64,000 nt of DNA, taken from the NCBI GenBank assembly GCA_010093605.1, contig MU004196.1, positions 146,606 through 210,605 of the forward strand, given 5' to 3'. The stretch comes from Lophium mytilinum (taxonomy: Eukaryota). The notes beneath the pieces are model-generated. The model did no database searches, had not been told where the DNA came from, and saw nothing but the letters and a program-made list of their open reading frames with translations. Each line of letters begins with the position of its first letter. Positions within the stretch are counted from its first letter, which is position 1. The position numbers were made by a program, and so were the translations under genes. Below are positions 32,544 to 44,604 of this stretch, one piece after another.

Positions 32544-32788
32544 GTCACGTGCTGTGGCCAGACTCCACGACGCCATGGCCGGAAACTCGGGCTGCTTCGG
32601 GCAATCCGCGATGTACTGCAGCATAGCAGCATTTGCCGGCCGGCACTGCCCGAAGTTCTTTCAACCGCCGTTGCCGCAGCTGCAGGTTCCCAGTGGCGTC
32701 ACGTGGCCCAGGGCCGCAAAGTGACGGCGAAGGCGGGGTGTGCATACAAAGAAAAAGAAACCCTGGGCTCGGTCAGCCAGTTCCACAG
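32544..32788. promoter_or_regulatory. Sulfur-regulon-type motif cluster upstream of metR
   Basis: TCACGTG at 32545 and 32699 (Cbf1-type). CTGTGG core at 32552 and inverted at 32783 (Met31/32-type). ACGACGCCAT at 32568 and GTGGCGTCAC at 32693 resemble the CYS3 site ATGRYRYCAT. Confidence 0.5.
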
Positions 32789-33262
32789 CAGTGCCTATTG
32801 CCACGCTCAGCCCACGACTCTCTCCATACGCTCTGCACCCTCTTCTTTCATTGTCCTGACGTTCTTCGGCCCAAAGGGCGCACTGGGACCCACTTTGCGA
32901 GCCTTATTGAGCGCCGGTCATCGCGACCTCGTCAAAGAGCAGTCTACCCGCGGGGCGGCCACACCAGCAGAATTCTCACCCCACGGCAGAGCGTCCTTCT
33001 GCGACAACAACACCACCATCGCCAGACGCTGTTCCTCACCTGCAGACCACTGCCGATATCGAATCTGCGACTTTGTCCGGTCTGCCGTCGCCGCGGCTGC
33101 GATCAGAGTCTCTGGCCGCCAATTACTCATCCTGACGCAGAGGATATCACACTCGCCTGCCGACATATTCGCTGCCAGACACCGGCAACGAGTCTCTATC
33201 TCGACGACTGCATTCAAGGCGCCTGACGCATCCTCAATTGGGGCATCCTCACAGCTGACGCC

Positions 33263-34535
33263 ATGTCTTACAACGGCCGTCGCGGGCCCAATGTGTCGCA
33301 GTACATCGCCAACCTCAACACGATCCAGCCAGCCGAGGACCTGCCTGACCCGCTGCTCAACATCGAGGAGGACCTCGCGCTCTTCACCAACACCGAGTTC
33401 ATCGACTGGGACCACGGTAGCCTCGACGTTCCCCAGACGCTGGACTACGACCCCGTCGCCGAGCAGCGTGCCCGCCGCATGAATGCGTCGCGCGGCAGCT
33501 ACAGCGGCGCCGCCAAGGACTTCGGCGCTGTGAGCAAGTCGGAATTTCTCAACAGTGAGTCTCCCCTTTTCTTCTGTCTCTTTTTCCCTCTCTTCATCTT
33601 CGTCGTCGTTGTCGTTGTCGTCGTCGCTGTCGTCGCTGCTGCGCCGTTATCTCGACTCTGCTGCGTTCTCCGTATTACCGCCGATCGCAGCGGTTTGGAG
33701 GAGGTTGCATGGACGTGGACCCCGCCAACGAGCTGCAGCAGCGCACGCCGGGCGCTCATTCGCTGAGCGGCGACGATACAGTTCTGACTCCATGCGCATG
33801 CATGGCTCGGGCTGGTTGCGTATTTGGTGGGCGTTCGCAGGGCTGCGAAAGCCCGAAGCACGCCATTCCCCGTGATGGCCCGCCTACAACTCCCCAACCA
33901 GCCCACGCACAACACCATCCCGTTCCTTTCTCACCGCTCGCGCCACTACTATGACTAACGTCGCCATCTATCCAGGCGACTTCCATTTCCAAGACTTCTC
34001 TGGCTTCAACAGCACCATCACCGACCCCCAATTGCCCAACCTGTCGCAAAACACGCCCGCCGGCTATCCGCTCGCTTCCTACGGGTCGCCCGTCTCCAAC
34101 TCGGCCTCGCCCGTGTCGCCCGAGTTTGGCCCTGGGCCTGGTGAGAAGCGCAAGCTTGACGCTATCACAGACCCTAACGGCTCCACAGGCGAAGAACCAA
34201 CCCGTGTCGCCGCCGAGGAGGACAAGCGCCGCCGCAACACAGCTGCCAGCGCCCGCTTCCGCGTCAAGAAGAAGCAACGCGAGCAGGCTCTCGAGAAGTC
34301 TGCCAAGGACATGACCGATAAGGTCGGCGTGCTGGAAACCAAGATCACACAGCTCGAGATGGAAAACAAGTGGCTCAAGAGCCTCATCACGGAGAAGAAC
34401 GAGAGCTCAGCAGACGTCAGCGCTATGTTCAAGAAGTTTCAGCAGAGCCAGGAGACAGCTGGTGAGCGGAGTACTGGCCTACGCACCGACGGCGTTGGCA
34501 CCGGCGCCGCCCACAAGGAAAAGGCAAAGGCCTAA
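33263..34535 (+). CDS. metR: bZIP sulfur-metabolism activator MetR/Cys-3; 2 exons with a 421-nt intron (33555-33975)
   Basis: N-terminal GRRGPNVSQYIANLN, DLALFTNTEFIDWD, bZIP AEEDKRRRNTAASARFRVKKKQREQALE...LEMENKWLKSLITEK. Confidence 0.92.
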
Positions 34536-36105
34536 ATTCTGATCTTCTCTCTTGCTTCTTTGGCTTCATTTGCGGTTCTTCCAGCTGTGGCGCCAGGAGA
34601 CATACTTACACCTATTGCTTGTTTTGATTTTTAGCCTCGATGGCTTTGCACTATGCCCGCGGGGTAGTGGCGGGCTTCTAGTCTGTGGATGGTTGCATGC
34701 GGTACGAAGTATGAACGGGGGCGTGGTACATCTTAACTTTATTCATGTCACTGGCTCTCTACTATCGCGTCATGCTCTAGTTGCTGGGGTCGATCCAATG
34801 AAGTAATGACCTAGATGGAAACAACTGCTGGAGGATCCAAAACAAAATACGTCGTCCCAAGCGCCAAATACCCAAGCACCAACATTACGCTATAGAATAG
34901 AATACCCGCTGGACCAAACCGAGCGCGACACGAGCGAGAAATAAAAAGTTCAAAATGTCTACCTAGGTATTCATGCTCTCTTCGTAGTGGGTTTCTTGTT
35001 CTAACGTTACTACAATGCTTCGTCAAGCTGCACAACTGCAATGTCTACGCAACGCATATTTAGGTATGTTTAGATATGAGCTGCTGCGTAGCACGGGAGA
35101 ACCATATTCGCCCATTATTCCGCCTCTACAGTTTCCTCGGCATATGCTCACTCCTCCATTCTTTGTATCATCCATTCGAGATGCGCCTCTCTACCATTTC
35201 CTTACGGCACCTGCAGCGCTTCCTCCCCCCGCTACTGCTTAGTTGAGAGTAGCCCAACATTATTCGCGCTAATCGCTGCGTCTGTTATATACAAGCATCC
35301 TCTCGTATACACAAACTCGAACCGCAACCCCCGTTGTTGTTCATAGCTCTCAACTACCAGCAAACACAATCGGCCTCTCGGATGAGACATAAAAACACTA
35401 AGACGGGAGTTTAAGCCTCCTTAAGGTGTGCTATAGCTGAAGATATTGTTGGAAGCCTGCCGAGGCCATCTACCAACGCCAAACCTAGCTCACCTCTATA
35501 TGCCGCATCATTAACTGTCCCGCGGAGATTCATATCTTTCTATTTGTTACAACTGCACACACTCTAACCCTTTTAAGCTCTTTGTAGAAAGTAGGCTCTC
35601 GAGTTGTACTATGCTGCGTATAGTGGTACGAATCTGCTAGAAACTGGAGACAAGCGTTGTGCAGGGCTAGCTTCGTAGATGTTGAGTGACTTGGTAGTAG
35701 TAAGGGGACTAGAACGGAATGCTCTAACGTCTTGCCTGTGTGTGTTAAAATAGAATAAATGCTTAGATTTCTCTTTGTAATCCTAAGCAGTGATTAAATC
35801 TTATGGGACTGAAAATCCCGTCCTAGGTTGTTAGGATTCTGTACCCGCTAGTATGGCACATCTTTGGAAGCCATCTCGACCAGCGTGTTTATAGATTCCA
35901 TCGTTTTGCTGAGCATCCTTGATAGTCATTAGCGGTGATAAGGAAATCGATTTTTTATATGATAGGAAACTCGGCACGTGACACCGGGTATTGGCGCTAG
36001 TGAGCCGTGTTTACGACGACCATCGTCCATATCGCGTCTGCCTTTTCCGCCTCATATACACAAAACATACTTTCTTGCCCCACCTTTTGGGTTGAAGATC
36101 TCACC

Positions 36106-37872
36106 ATGGCGCCAGCACCTCCGGGGGTGAGTCCACAACCCATTGCGACTGTCTTTTCACCAAACTCACTTCTATTTCCAGTCACAAATCGCCCCACTAC
36201 CAACCAATCTTCCGTTTCGCATAGTATCAAAAACAATAGGCCAGGGCGCATATGCTTCGTAAGTAGACTTTAAGGTGTTCCGGTTGATAACATGCTAATT
36301 GAACGCAGGATACGAAAAGCAACGCCCCTCAATGCCCCCAAACCCGTCATTGCCATCAAGTTCGTCAATAAGGAACATGCCTTCAAGCAAGGTCGTCTTT
36401 CGCCTAAGCAGCTTGCTATGGAGATTACTCTTCACAAGTATCTCGGGAAGCACCAGAACATAATACATTGCCTAGGGAATGGAGAGGATCCTCTGTGGAC
36501 GTGGATTGCTATGGAGCTTGCTGAAGGAGGAGACCTGTTCGACAAGATTGAGGCGGATGAGGGCGTTGGGGAGGATGTGGCACACTTTTACTTCACGCAG
36601 CTGATAGGGGCCGTCAGTTTTATGCACTCGAAGGGTGTTGCCCATCGGGATATAAAGCCAGAAAACGTCTTGCTATCCGGTGAAGGCGACCTCAAGCTTG
36701 CGGATTTTGGACTAGCAGCTCTTTTCAAGAGAGATGGAAAGACTCGAGTCTGCAACACCGTGTGTGGCAGTCCTCCCTATATCGCCCCCGAGATTCTCAG
36801 TGGGCGACGCAGCAAACGACCCGACGTTCTAGACACTGGTTACGTTGCCAATATCTCCGATATCTGGTCCTGTGGAGTGGTGCTCTTCGTGCTTCTTGTA
36901 GGCAATACCCCTTGGGACGAGCCCACCCGCCGTAGTGAAGAGTTCAAGGAATACGTAGACACCAACGGCCGCACAACCGACGAACTCTGGACCAAACTTC
37001 CCCAAGATATCGTCTCCCTCCTCCGCGGCATGCTTAAATTGGACCCAGCCACCCGCTTCACCCTCGACGAAATCCGCACACACCCGTGGTTTACACGGCC
37101 GAACCCCTTCCTTAATCCCTCCGGTACAGCCTCCAATCCAGTCGGTCTCGCAACCCAAATGCTCTCTTCCCTCCGCATCGACTTCAACGCCGACCCCACA
37201 CCCTCCCAACGCGCTGCCGCCTCAGACTCCGACGCAATGGACCTCGACACCGTCCCAGAATCTTTCCCAACACGCTCCCACGCTGTTCCTCTCTCTGCCA
37301 CCCAACCCGAAACCCCCATCGCCGACACTCCCTTCGACTGGGAACGACCGCCACGCCTCCCCATCTACGACGGCATCTCCGCCTCGCAACCCGTCGGCGC
37401 TGGTGCATCCCTTGCACCCGTATCCCAAGAGACGCTTGACCGCCTATCTGAAGACCCGTGTCTCTCCCAATTCACACAAACGCCTTCAGTGCCCCTATCA
37501 CTTACACAGGCCGCTCGCAAATTCGCCGACATCCTACCCACGCACTCTCTGGCGCGCTTTCTATCGCCACTGCCGTTTGCGCTTCTATTGCCACTGCTAG
37601 CGGAGGCATTGCACAGACTTGGCGTGCCCCTGCCGGCATTCAGCCCCGAGCAGATGCAGGAGTGGGAGCGCGACCAGGAAGCATGGGTACGGGTGAAGAC
37701 AGTAGATGGGCGAAAACAGGGACTGAATGGGCATGTGGTTGTGGAGAGGTTCGGGCGGGAGATGCTAGAGGTGCGGTTCGTGAAGGCGAGTGGTGATCCG
37801 CTGGAGTGGAGGCGGTTCTTTAAGAAGGTGGTTGTGCTGTGTCGCGAAGGCGTTATAGTGCCGAGTTCGTAG
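36106..37872 (+). CDS. CHK1: Checkpoint kinase Chk1; 3 exons
   Basis: Spliced MAPAPPG|SQIAPLPTNLPFRIVSKTIGQGAYAS|IRKA. Kinase motifs HRDIKPEN, DFG, CGSPPYIAPE and C-terminal KA1 motif GDPLEWRRFFKKV. Confidence 0.93.
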
Positions 37873-39146
37873 CGTGTGGTGTGGAAGGTGAGTTGATTGT
37901 ACGATGGCCTCTCGGGGTCAAATACACTAGTCTCGAACATAATAGTCTAGACTCTCTTCCGATGTCCCATAGTGTGATCTTTAGGTGATTTGGGAGTTTA
38001 TACTAGAGGCCGTCTCTCTTTACTCTGCACGCAATCCACGTTTCGCTGCATCCTTTGCTTATAGGTAGAAAAGGGCAACCTTCAAAACATGGCAAAGGCT
38101 ACTTATCCAATTACGATCTTCGACTATAGACCCAGTCGCGTTTCTGTACTCGGAACTGAGCAGGCGCTGCTTTAAATTAATCCAAGGAGGAGCAGCACTC
38201 CGGATTGCTCACCCTGTATCAGGCTTGGCGTCTTACGGAAGTAGATCTCGTACCTTTATACATCACGTTTCTTCACACGACATGCATTCCTCAGAATTTC
38301 GCTTATAGTTTCATAGAGTCTAAAAGACATGACCAATGTCTTGCTCATTCTAGTGCCTACTATCTGGGCATCTTTCTATTCATTCAAATGTATTCAAAGC
38401 ATTTGATCCGAAATCCACTTTCAACCACCCTCTTCCTACCAAGTAGTAGGTTAGGTGTGTCTGCGTGATGGCTACTGTAGTTGCTTGATTGTGTTGTCAG
38501 AGGTTGAGGCGTGTCGGATAAAGCGGTTGAGGGGGATTTTTTTTTTGCGGGAGGACTGAGAACTGTAGGTAGAGGGAGAGGAGAGGAAGGAGGTGTTTTG
38601 ACGGAATGGGTGGACGACGGAGAACGTCGGCGCGAAGTGAAGAAGATTTGACTTCACGTGGGAAGGTTGCCTGAGAAACTAGGGATGGGCCATACATCTC
38701 ACTTCACCTACGCTTCACCAGTATACCATCATCACGCTAGGCTATGTTTCACCTTACCAGTACCAGAGATATAAAACCCTTTAACTTACTCAAGTTCACA
38801 GAAAGATGATCCACTCAGCCGAGCGGTGCACTTAAGTATGGTCGCCAAACATTAGTGCGAAATCATGACGTGGTGAAAGAGGCCCTGGTGGGGGGCTTGC
38901 CCTTATCAAACAGAATTATTTGAAGGTAAATCGTGCATATACTACCGGCTGAACTCAAAGGGCGGTGAACTGCGTCCGAATCCAATGTAGTAGCTGATAG
39001 CAACTGCCAGAAAAGTCAAGAAATAACGATCGATCACATGTACAATTCTCCCTCCAAATCAAGCCGAACAATAGACACAAAGCCTGAACTAGACCCTATT
39101 GCAAGCGTGTTACCATATATCGCTAGACATTCGCCTGAAAAATAAG

Positions 39147-39174
39147 CAGGGAGTTGTGACGACTTCCAGGGAGT
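39147..39174. mobile_element. Probable transposon footprint: 12 bp flanked by an 8-bp direct repeat
   Basis: CAGGGAGT-TGTGACGACTTC-CAGGGAGT. Removing 20 bp restores the NLR frame (RLVLLP-AYFSGECLAIYGNTLAIG). Confidence 0.65.
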
Positions 39175-39234
39175 AAAACTAGCCGCTTCTCGCAACTTGT
39201 TATCCATCCATATTTGACGTTTGGTCTCCAAGAC

Positions 39235-39763
39235 CAGCGTGGTTAGTAAACCGGCCAATCCTCAATCGGATTGACAGACGGTTTATCAATATCACTTATA
39301 CTTAGTCCAATCGGATCAATCCTATAGCCAATGAAATTTCGAGCGTAGATTAATCCGATTAGTTTAATTAGTAGTAGATAAATTAGTGGGTGCAACGTAA
39401 GAGTACTATAGTAGTAAGAATCTAGAGGCGCAGAAGACCTAAAAATTCGCGTTAGACGTAATTTAACCTCTAGTAGTTAACTCTTGTTATCTATTTTAGC
39501 CTATCTTATTATAGTGTTATGCTAAAGGGGGGCCAGGGCCGTAGTAAATAAGGCTAGTAATACCTAGGTACCTGTTATTAGGGCGCGCTAACCCGCTAAT
39601 ATTATATCTTACTTATATAGGCTAAGCGCTGTTGTAATAAAATAGTTTAAACAGTTTAATCTAAAAATCTAATTAATCTAATCTATTAATCTTCATTCTA
39701 TATATAACAACCTAATCAAACTGCTACCTAGTTGAGCCGGCCGCCGGTTTAGTAACCACGCTG
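39235..39763. mobile_element. Non-autonomous DNA transposon (MITE, 529 bp), hAT-like termini, RIP-like AT-rich interior
   Basis: 21-bp TIR CAGCGTGGTTA(G/C)TAAACCGGC with 1 mismatch. 7-bp TSD CCAAGAC at 39228-39234 and 39764-39770. Subterminal CAATC/GATT repeats, interior rich in TA. Confidence 0.9.
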
Positions 39764-41869
39764 CCAAGACTCGACACCACTCGAAGATGCTGCTATAGCA
39801 ATCGAACTCGGGTCATCGTTGAGACGCATGCAGGTCTCTAAGTCCCAGAGCTCTCTACTTTCCGATCTGCACTCAAATATAATCTTCCGGTCGTCGCTCG
39901 AAAAGTCTAAAGATCGAACAGTGTAGTGTCGAGAAACTTCGAGTGTCTTTATTAGTGAGCCTGACTGGACGTCCCATATCCGTATCATCCAAAAAGATCC
40001 GGTTGCGATCTTCTGGTCGTCGCTAGAAAACACTGCCGACTCAACAAGGTATTTGTCTCCACAGAGCGTATGTAGTAGCGAGCCTGACCCAGCGTCCCAT
40101 ATCCGTGCAGTCCCATCGTCAGATCCCGAGACAATCTTCTGGCCGTCATGAGAGAATGCTACTAACATGATTACCGCAGATTGGGCTATAGAGGTTTGCG
40201 AGTTTAGCCCTACATCCCACAGCCGCACGTTACTATCGCTGGATCCAGATACGACACTCTGGCCATCAGGTGACAACGCTACCGAAATCACCTCCCCTGA
40301 GTTGTCTCTAAAGGTTTGTAGTAGCGAATCTGACGCAACGTCCCACACCCGTACTCCCTCGTGGCCATGTGCGGATACAATCTTTTGGCTGTCATTCGAG
40401 AAAGCTACTAAACATTTACCACACCATGAGTATGACTCGCCGGGCATTTCGAACTTCCATATTTGCGAGTATAACGTGGCGTCCCATACCCGTACGGTTC
40501 CATCCTCCGAGCCGGACGCAATCACCCGGCTGTCTCTTGAAAACGCTACCGAAGTGACCGGGCATGAGTGAATGAGCGTTTGTAGCAGCTTCAGCGTGTG
40601 TGGTTGTACATCCCATACCCGTAGAGTGTGATCTTGGGATCCGGATACGATTTTACCACCGTCACCCGAGAAGGCGACTGAATTGACCCCGTATCGATGG
40701 CTTTCAAGCGTCTGCGATAGCCGGCTTATGAGAAGCGAGCTCGACCCTATATCCCATAATCGCAGAGGGCCATCTTCGGACACGGACACGATCTTCTGGC
40801 CATCATGTGAGAATGCCACTGAGCTAATAGGAGTTGGGTGTTCGAGTGTCTGTAGTAGCAAGCCTGACCTTGCGTCCCATACCCGTGCGATTTTATCATA
40901 AGATCCAGACACAATCTTCTGGCTGTCTCCAGAAAACGCTACGGAACTGACGATGTTTGAGTGACCTTCCAGCGTCTGTAGCAGGGAGGCGGATCGTGCA
41001 TCCCATATTCGCAACGTGTCATCAGCAGACAAAATCTTCTGGCTGTCGGGCGAGAAAGCTACGGAAGAGACGCTACCTACGTGGCCTTCGAGCGTCTGCA
41101 ATAGTGAATCCCAGTTTTCTGGGACCGATGGCTTAAGCTTGATCCATGATGGAATCTGGTCTTCGAAAAGTACCCTTATTATGCTATGAAATGGGGTGAA
41201 TTTCAGAGCAGCACAATACGTCTGAAGGGGCGCTTGCTCGATCATAGAATGGTACGTCATACTGAACCGATATGCGTCGTAGACCAATTTCATCAATAGT
41301 TGGTGGTCAAAGATCTAAGACTAGATTAGAAAGTCAGTTACATAGATCACGGAAAGAATACTCACCTGGACTAAGTTATGTAAATCGAATAGCATCAAAC
41401 CACTTTTCTCCATTGTCCCCAATAGACTGAGCGCTTCAAACCAGTGAAGGAGATGTTCCTTAAGGAACGTATACACTACCTCAAGAAGAGAAGGATCCAC
41501 GACGCTCTTTTGAAAGTGGTGGACCCAATATGAGCAAGCATACTGCAGCTCTGGGGGAATACACTCCTCAACCTTGCTTCGATCAGCTTCCTCTGCAAGG
41601 ATTCCTGGCAAGCGTAGATTGCAAATGTCGTTCTTCAAACTCTTAGACATGATCGCAAGGCAACCCCTTGTTAAATCTGTATGTGTCCTTTTACCATCAA
41701 CCCAGAACCGAGGATCGCCGGCACGTCGATTCTTATCGAGAAGGAAGTCGCGGAAGGATGGGTGGACTAGCTGAGGAGCGACTTCGGTGAGGTTGGACAC
41801 GTCCAAGACTGATCCGAGTTTATCCAATGTGATCTTCACTTTGTCTTCGAAGTCAATCTCCTTGTCCTC

Positions 41870-42003
41870 CTCGCCATCCTCGTCATTCTTACCACCCTCG
41901 CCATGTTCACCATCATCGCCGTCGTCACCATCGTCGCCGTCATCGCCATCTTCGTCGTCCTGGTCATCCTGGTAGTCGTCACCATCCTCCTCGTCATCGC
42001 CAT
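41870..42003 (-). repeat. In-frame acidic low-complexity (Asp/Gly/Glu) 9-bp-type repeat expansion inside the NACHT-associated region
   Basis: GDDEEDGDDYQDDQDDEDGDDGDDGDDGDDGEHGEGGKNDEDGEED. Confidence 0.85.
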
Positions 42004-44604
42004 GGGTTTTGTCCTCCTCTGCTCTACCTCTTCTTTCCCAACCCCCACTTGCTTGAAGCAAATAGGACAAGTGTCTTACGCGGAGTGACTCAAACAAAAC
42101 GACAATAGTTCCCACGAGTGTTCGAAACCTTTCCAATATCTCTGGTTGATTCTCTTCGTCGCAATCACCCAATATTGACTGCCTTAAGACCTGCATATAC
42201 ATCTTATCCAGCTGGGCCGTCAGTGAGTTACCCCAGGAGCTCTTTTTCAGCAGCTTAGACAACTGATCTTTCGGAAGAAAATTCGTGTCCCCAATGAATC
42301 TGCACGCAGTCGCAGCATAGATGAACAGGCCATTGGCTTTCCTCACAAGTATTGTCAGGTCTTTGGTCTCTGGCCACTTTCCGCGGACACGACGCCTTTC
42401 ATGGACTAGCGCGAGCTCATGTTGTAGAAAAGCTAGAATGTCCTGTTTTGTTTCTTTCGGGAACATGCTGTGAAGGGCCACATCACGGTGTGCCGAATTC
42501 TCCAAGGATTCAATTCCTAGTTCGATTGGCTGCTCAGGCCTGCTCGTGACGAAGAATCGTAGCTTGACGTTGCCGACTGGTTTTGATTTCCCAAAAAGTC
42601 GAAGGATCAATCGAACATCATCCTGATTGTCGCATTCATCTAGCGCGTCGATAACGAAGATGATGACCATTGGAGTGTCGATTTTGGATAATGGCTCCAG
42701 GATGAATTGGTCCCATTGGTCTTCCGTCCGTTCGCTGATAGGATGATCGTTTATCGCTTTGTGAATGTGTTCGGCGATGTTAGGATCGTAATAGTAAAGC
42801 TGGAATGCAAGAGTCGTCACAAATTTTGAGGCATCGGCGAGAGCGCCCTTGCCTTTCGAAAAGAAAAAACTGGCTCCAAGTTGTCCCTTTTCTGAGACTC
42901 GGCGTGCCACAGTGCGGGCGATGGTCGATTTTCCTGTTCCTGCCATTCCACTCAGCCAGAAGATGTGCGAGCCGTCAGTCGCAGCGCTCCATTCGTAAAT
43001 CAAGCGGAGCATACTGGCTCGCGTATTCTCCAGACATAGTGGCTCATGCTGAAGCCTATTGGAGTTGAAGGCGGCACCTTCGGCACGCGGCAGCTTTTGC
43101 AAAGTTTTCTCTCGTTCTTCACGGATTGAGTGCTGCTTGAGTGCCTGGGAAATAGATGAGTATGACTAGGTAAAGAACTAGAACGGAATTTTACATCAAT
43201 CATGATTTCCAGATTTGATGTTTTGACGTTGATGGCCATAATCGTATGGCCATCAGTTACATGCAAATCTTTTCCAATGCTGTGTTCAAGAGTTTCTACC
43301 TCTGCGAGCATAGCTTTCCAGTCATCGGCGAGCACAACATCTCTGAAGTAGCGAGATAACTTTCCCCGTGTACAATGGTAGGCGAGTCGAATTTGGTATT
43401 CTAGTATCTGGGAATATAGCTTTATTGTCTTGTATTCGAAGGCGACTTCAAGTTGTTGTACTTCACTTTCGCTGATGAAAAATACATCATTTTTCATGGA
43501 ATACTAAGGAGTGTATGGGTAACATGCCTTTGTGGTGATGTTGGAGATGTGTATATGTTTCCCTCTCTGTAAGTGATCTCTATGGTCCTGAACCGTTTGA
43601 GCAGATTGGAAATATATTCGAGACCATCAAGCGCGGCAACATCCTGGGTAACTGGATTTAGAAGCAACTATACAGCTTGCTCAGTAGGTGAAGTTGTTCT
43701 TCTATAACGATCAAGTAGGGTCACTGGAAGCAGGACCGAGACTCCAGCCCACGCGAGCGCTGCGTGTGGTTCTAAACTGGCCGCAGCGGTAATGAGGTCC
43801 TTGGCAACGATAATTGCCCTGGTAATTTCGTCGACTTTCTTTTTGGCAACGATGGTGAGTCTGGATCGAGCTGCTTCCATGCCTTCGAGTTTCACGTCAA
43901 CAAGCTTTCCGAGTTGCATTTCTCGTTCTATACCTTGTATAGGTAACTCCTGTGTCTTTGTAGATGGATCACCACCAAGAGCATCTAGAGACATAATTAG
44001 AGTATCAGTGGAACGCAAAGGAGCAGACAATTGGGTAAATCCTGCGCAAACTAACCTGGCTGAGTTGAACCTGGGAAGGATGGTGGGTTTTGCAGAAATT
44101 TGTCATAACCGTCCATAAGCTTCTTCTTGTCCTTGTCATTCAGAAGCAGATTATAAGCCTCGTCCCACAGGTCTTTTAGGCCCAGGTCTTCTGCTCCTGT
44201 AGGCGAGGCTGCAGTTTCTCTATCTAGCCCATCTTTCGGCTCATCTACAAGCTTTTGAGAGTTGTCAGCAATTTAGCTAAGTTGCAGGCTCATAGCTATC
44301 GCTCACAGCGCTACCAGGCTGCACTGAAGTCTTTGCGGATCTCCACCTGGATCCAAGGCGTTTTGTTCGGATCCATGGCACCATTTCTACGACAACACAA
44401 AAAGAATGATTAGGTCTCTCGAAGTGTATATGCAAAGATAGAACTTCTCGGAATGAAGCGATGTTAAACCGTGTTGGAATAAGTCAGCTAATGCGTCGTT
44501 AGCACCGCAAGCTTGGGGAAAAGTCCAATGCCTAATGAAGGCAAGCAAAGATACCTGGGATCGACGGGCTGAGCCTTTTCAGCTCCTCAAAGGCCATGAT
44601 CTTG

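Larger units (their letters stand above)
39034..44384 (-). pseudogene. NLR-like NACHT-WD40 gene (N-terminal NACHT_N-type helical domain, NACHT, about 9-10 WD40 repeats), disrupted
   Basis: DLWDEAY and PHAALAWAGVSVLLP in the N-terminal domain, Walker A GMAGTGKST, Walker B VIDALDEC, ANGLFIYAAT, HPSFRDFL, and WD repeats. Lesions: stop/frameshift near 44270-44285, a 529-bp insertion at 39235-39763 and a 20-bp insertion at 39155-39174. Confidence 0.85.

Noticed and set aside
32633..33226. Cys-rich upstream ORF in frame with metR as a cysteine-sensing uORF
   Set aside because: No ATG start, it probably begins upstream of the transcription start, and TGC frequency is explicable by GC-rich composition.
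39800..41100. HET-E/D-type hypervariable WD40 array
   Set aside because: The repeats are visibly divergent from each other and lack the near-identical 126-bp units of high-internal-conservation NLRs. There is no HET domain and no adjacent amyloid-motif effector gene was seen.
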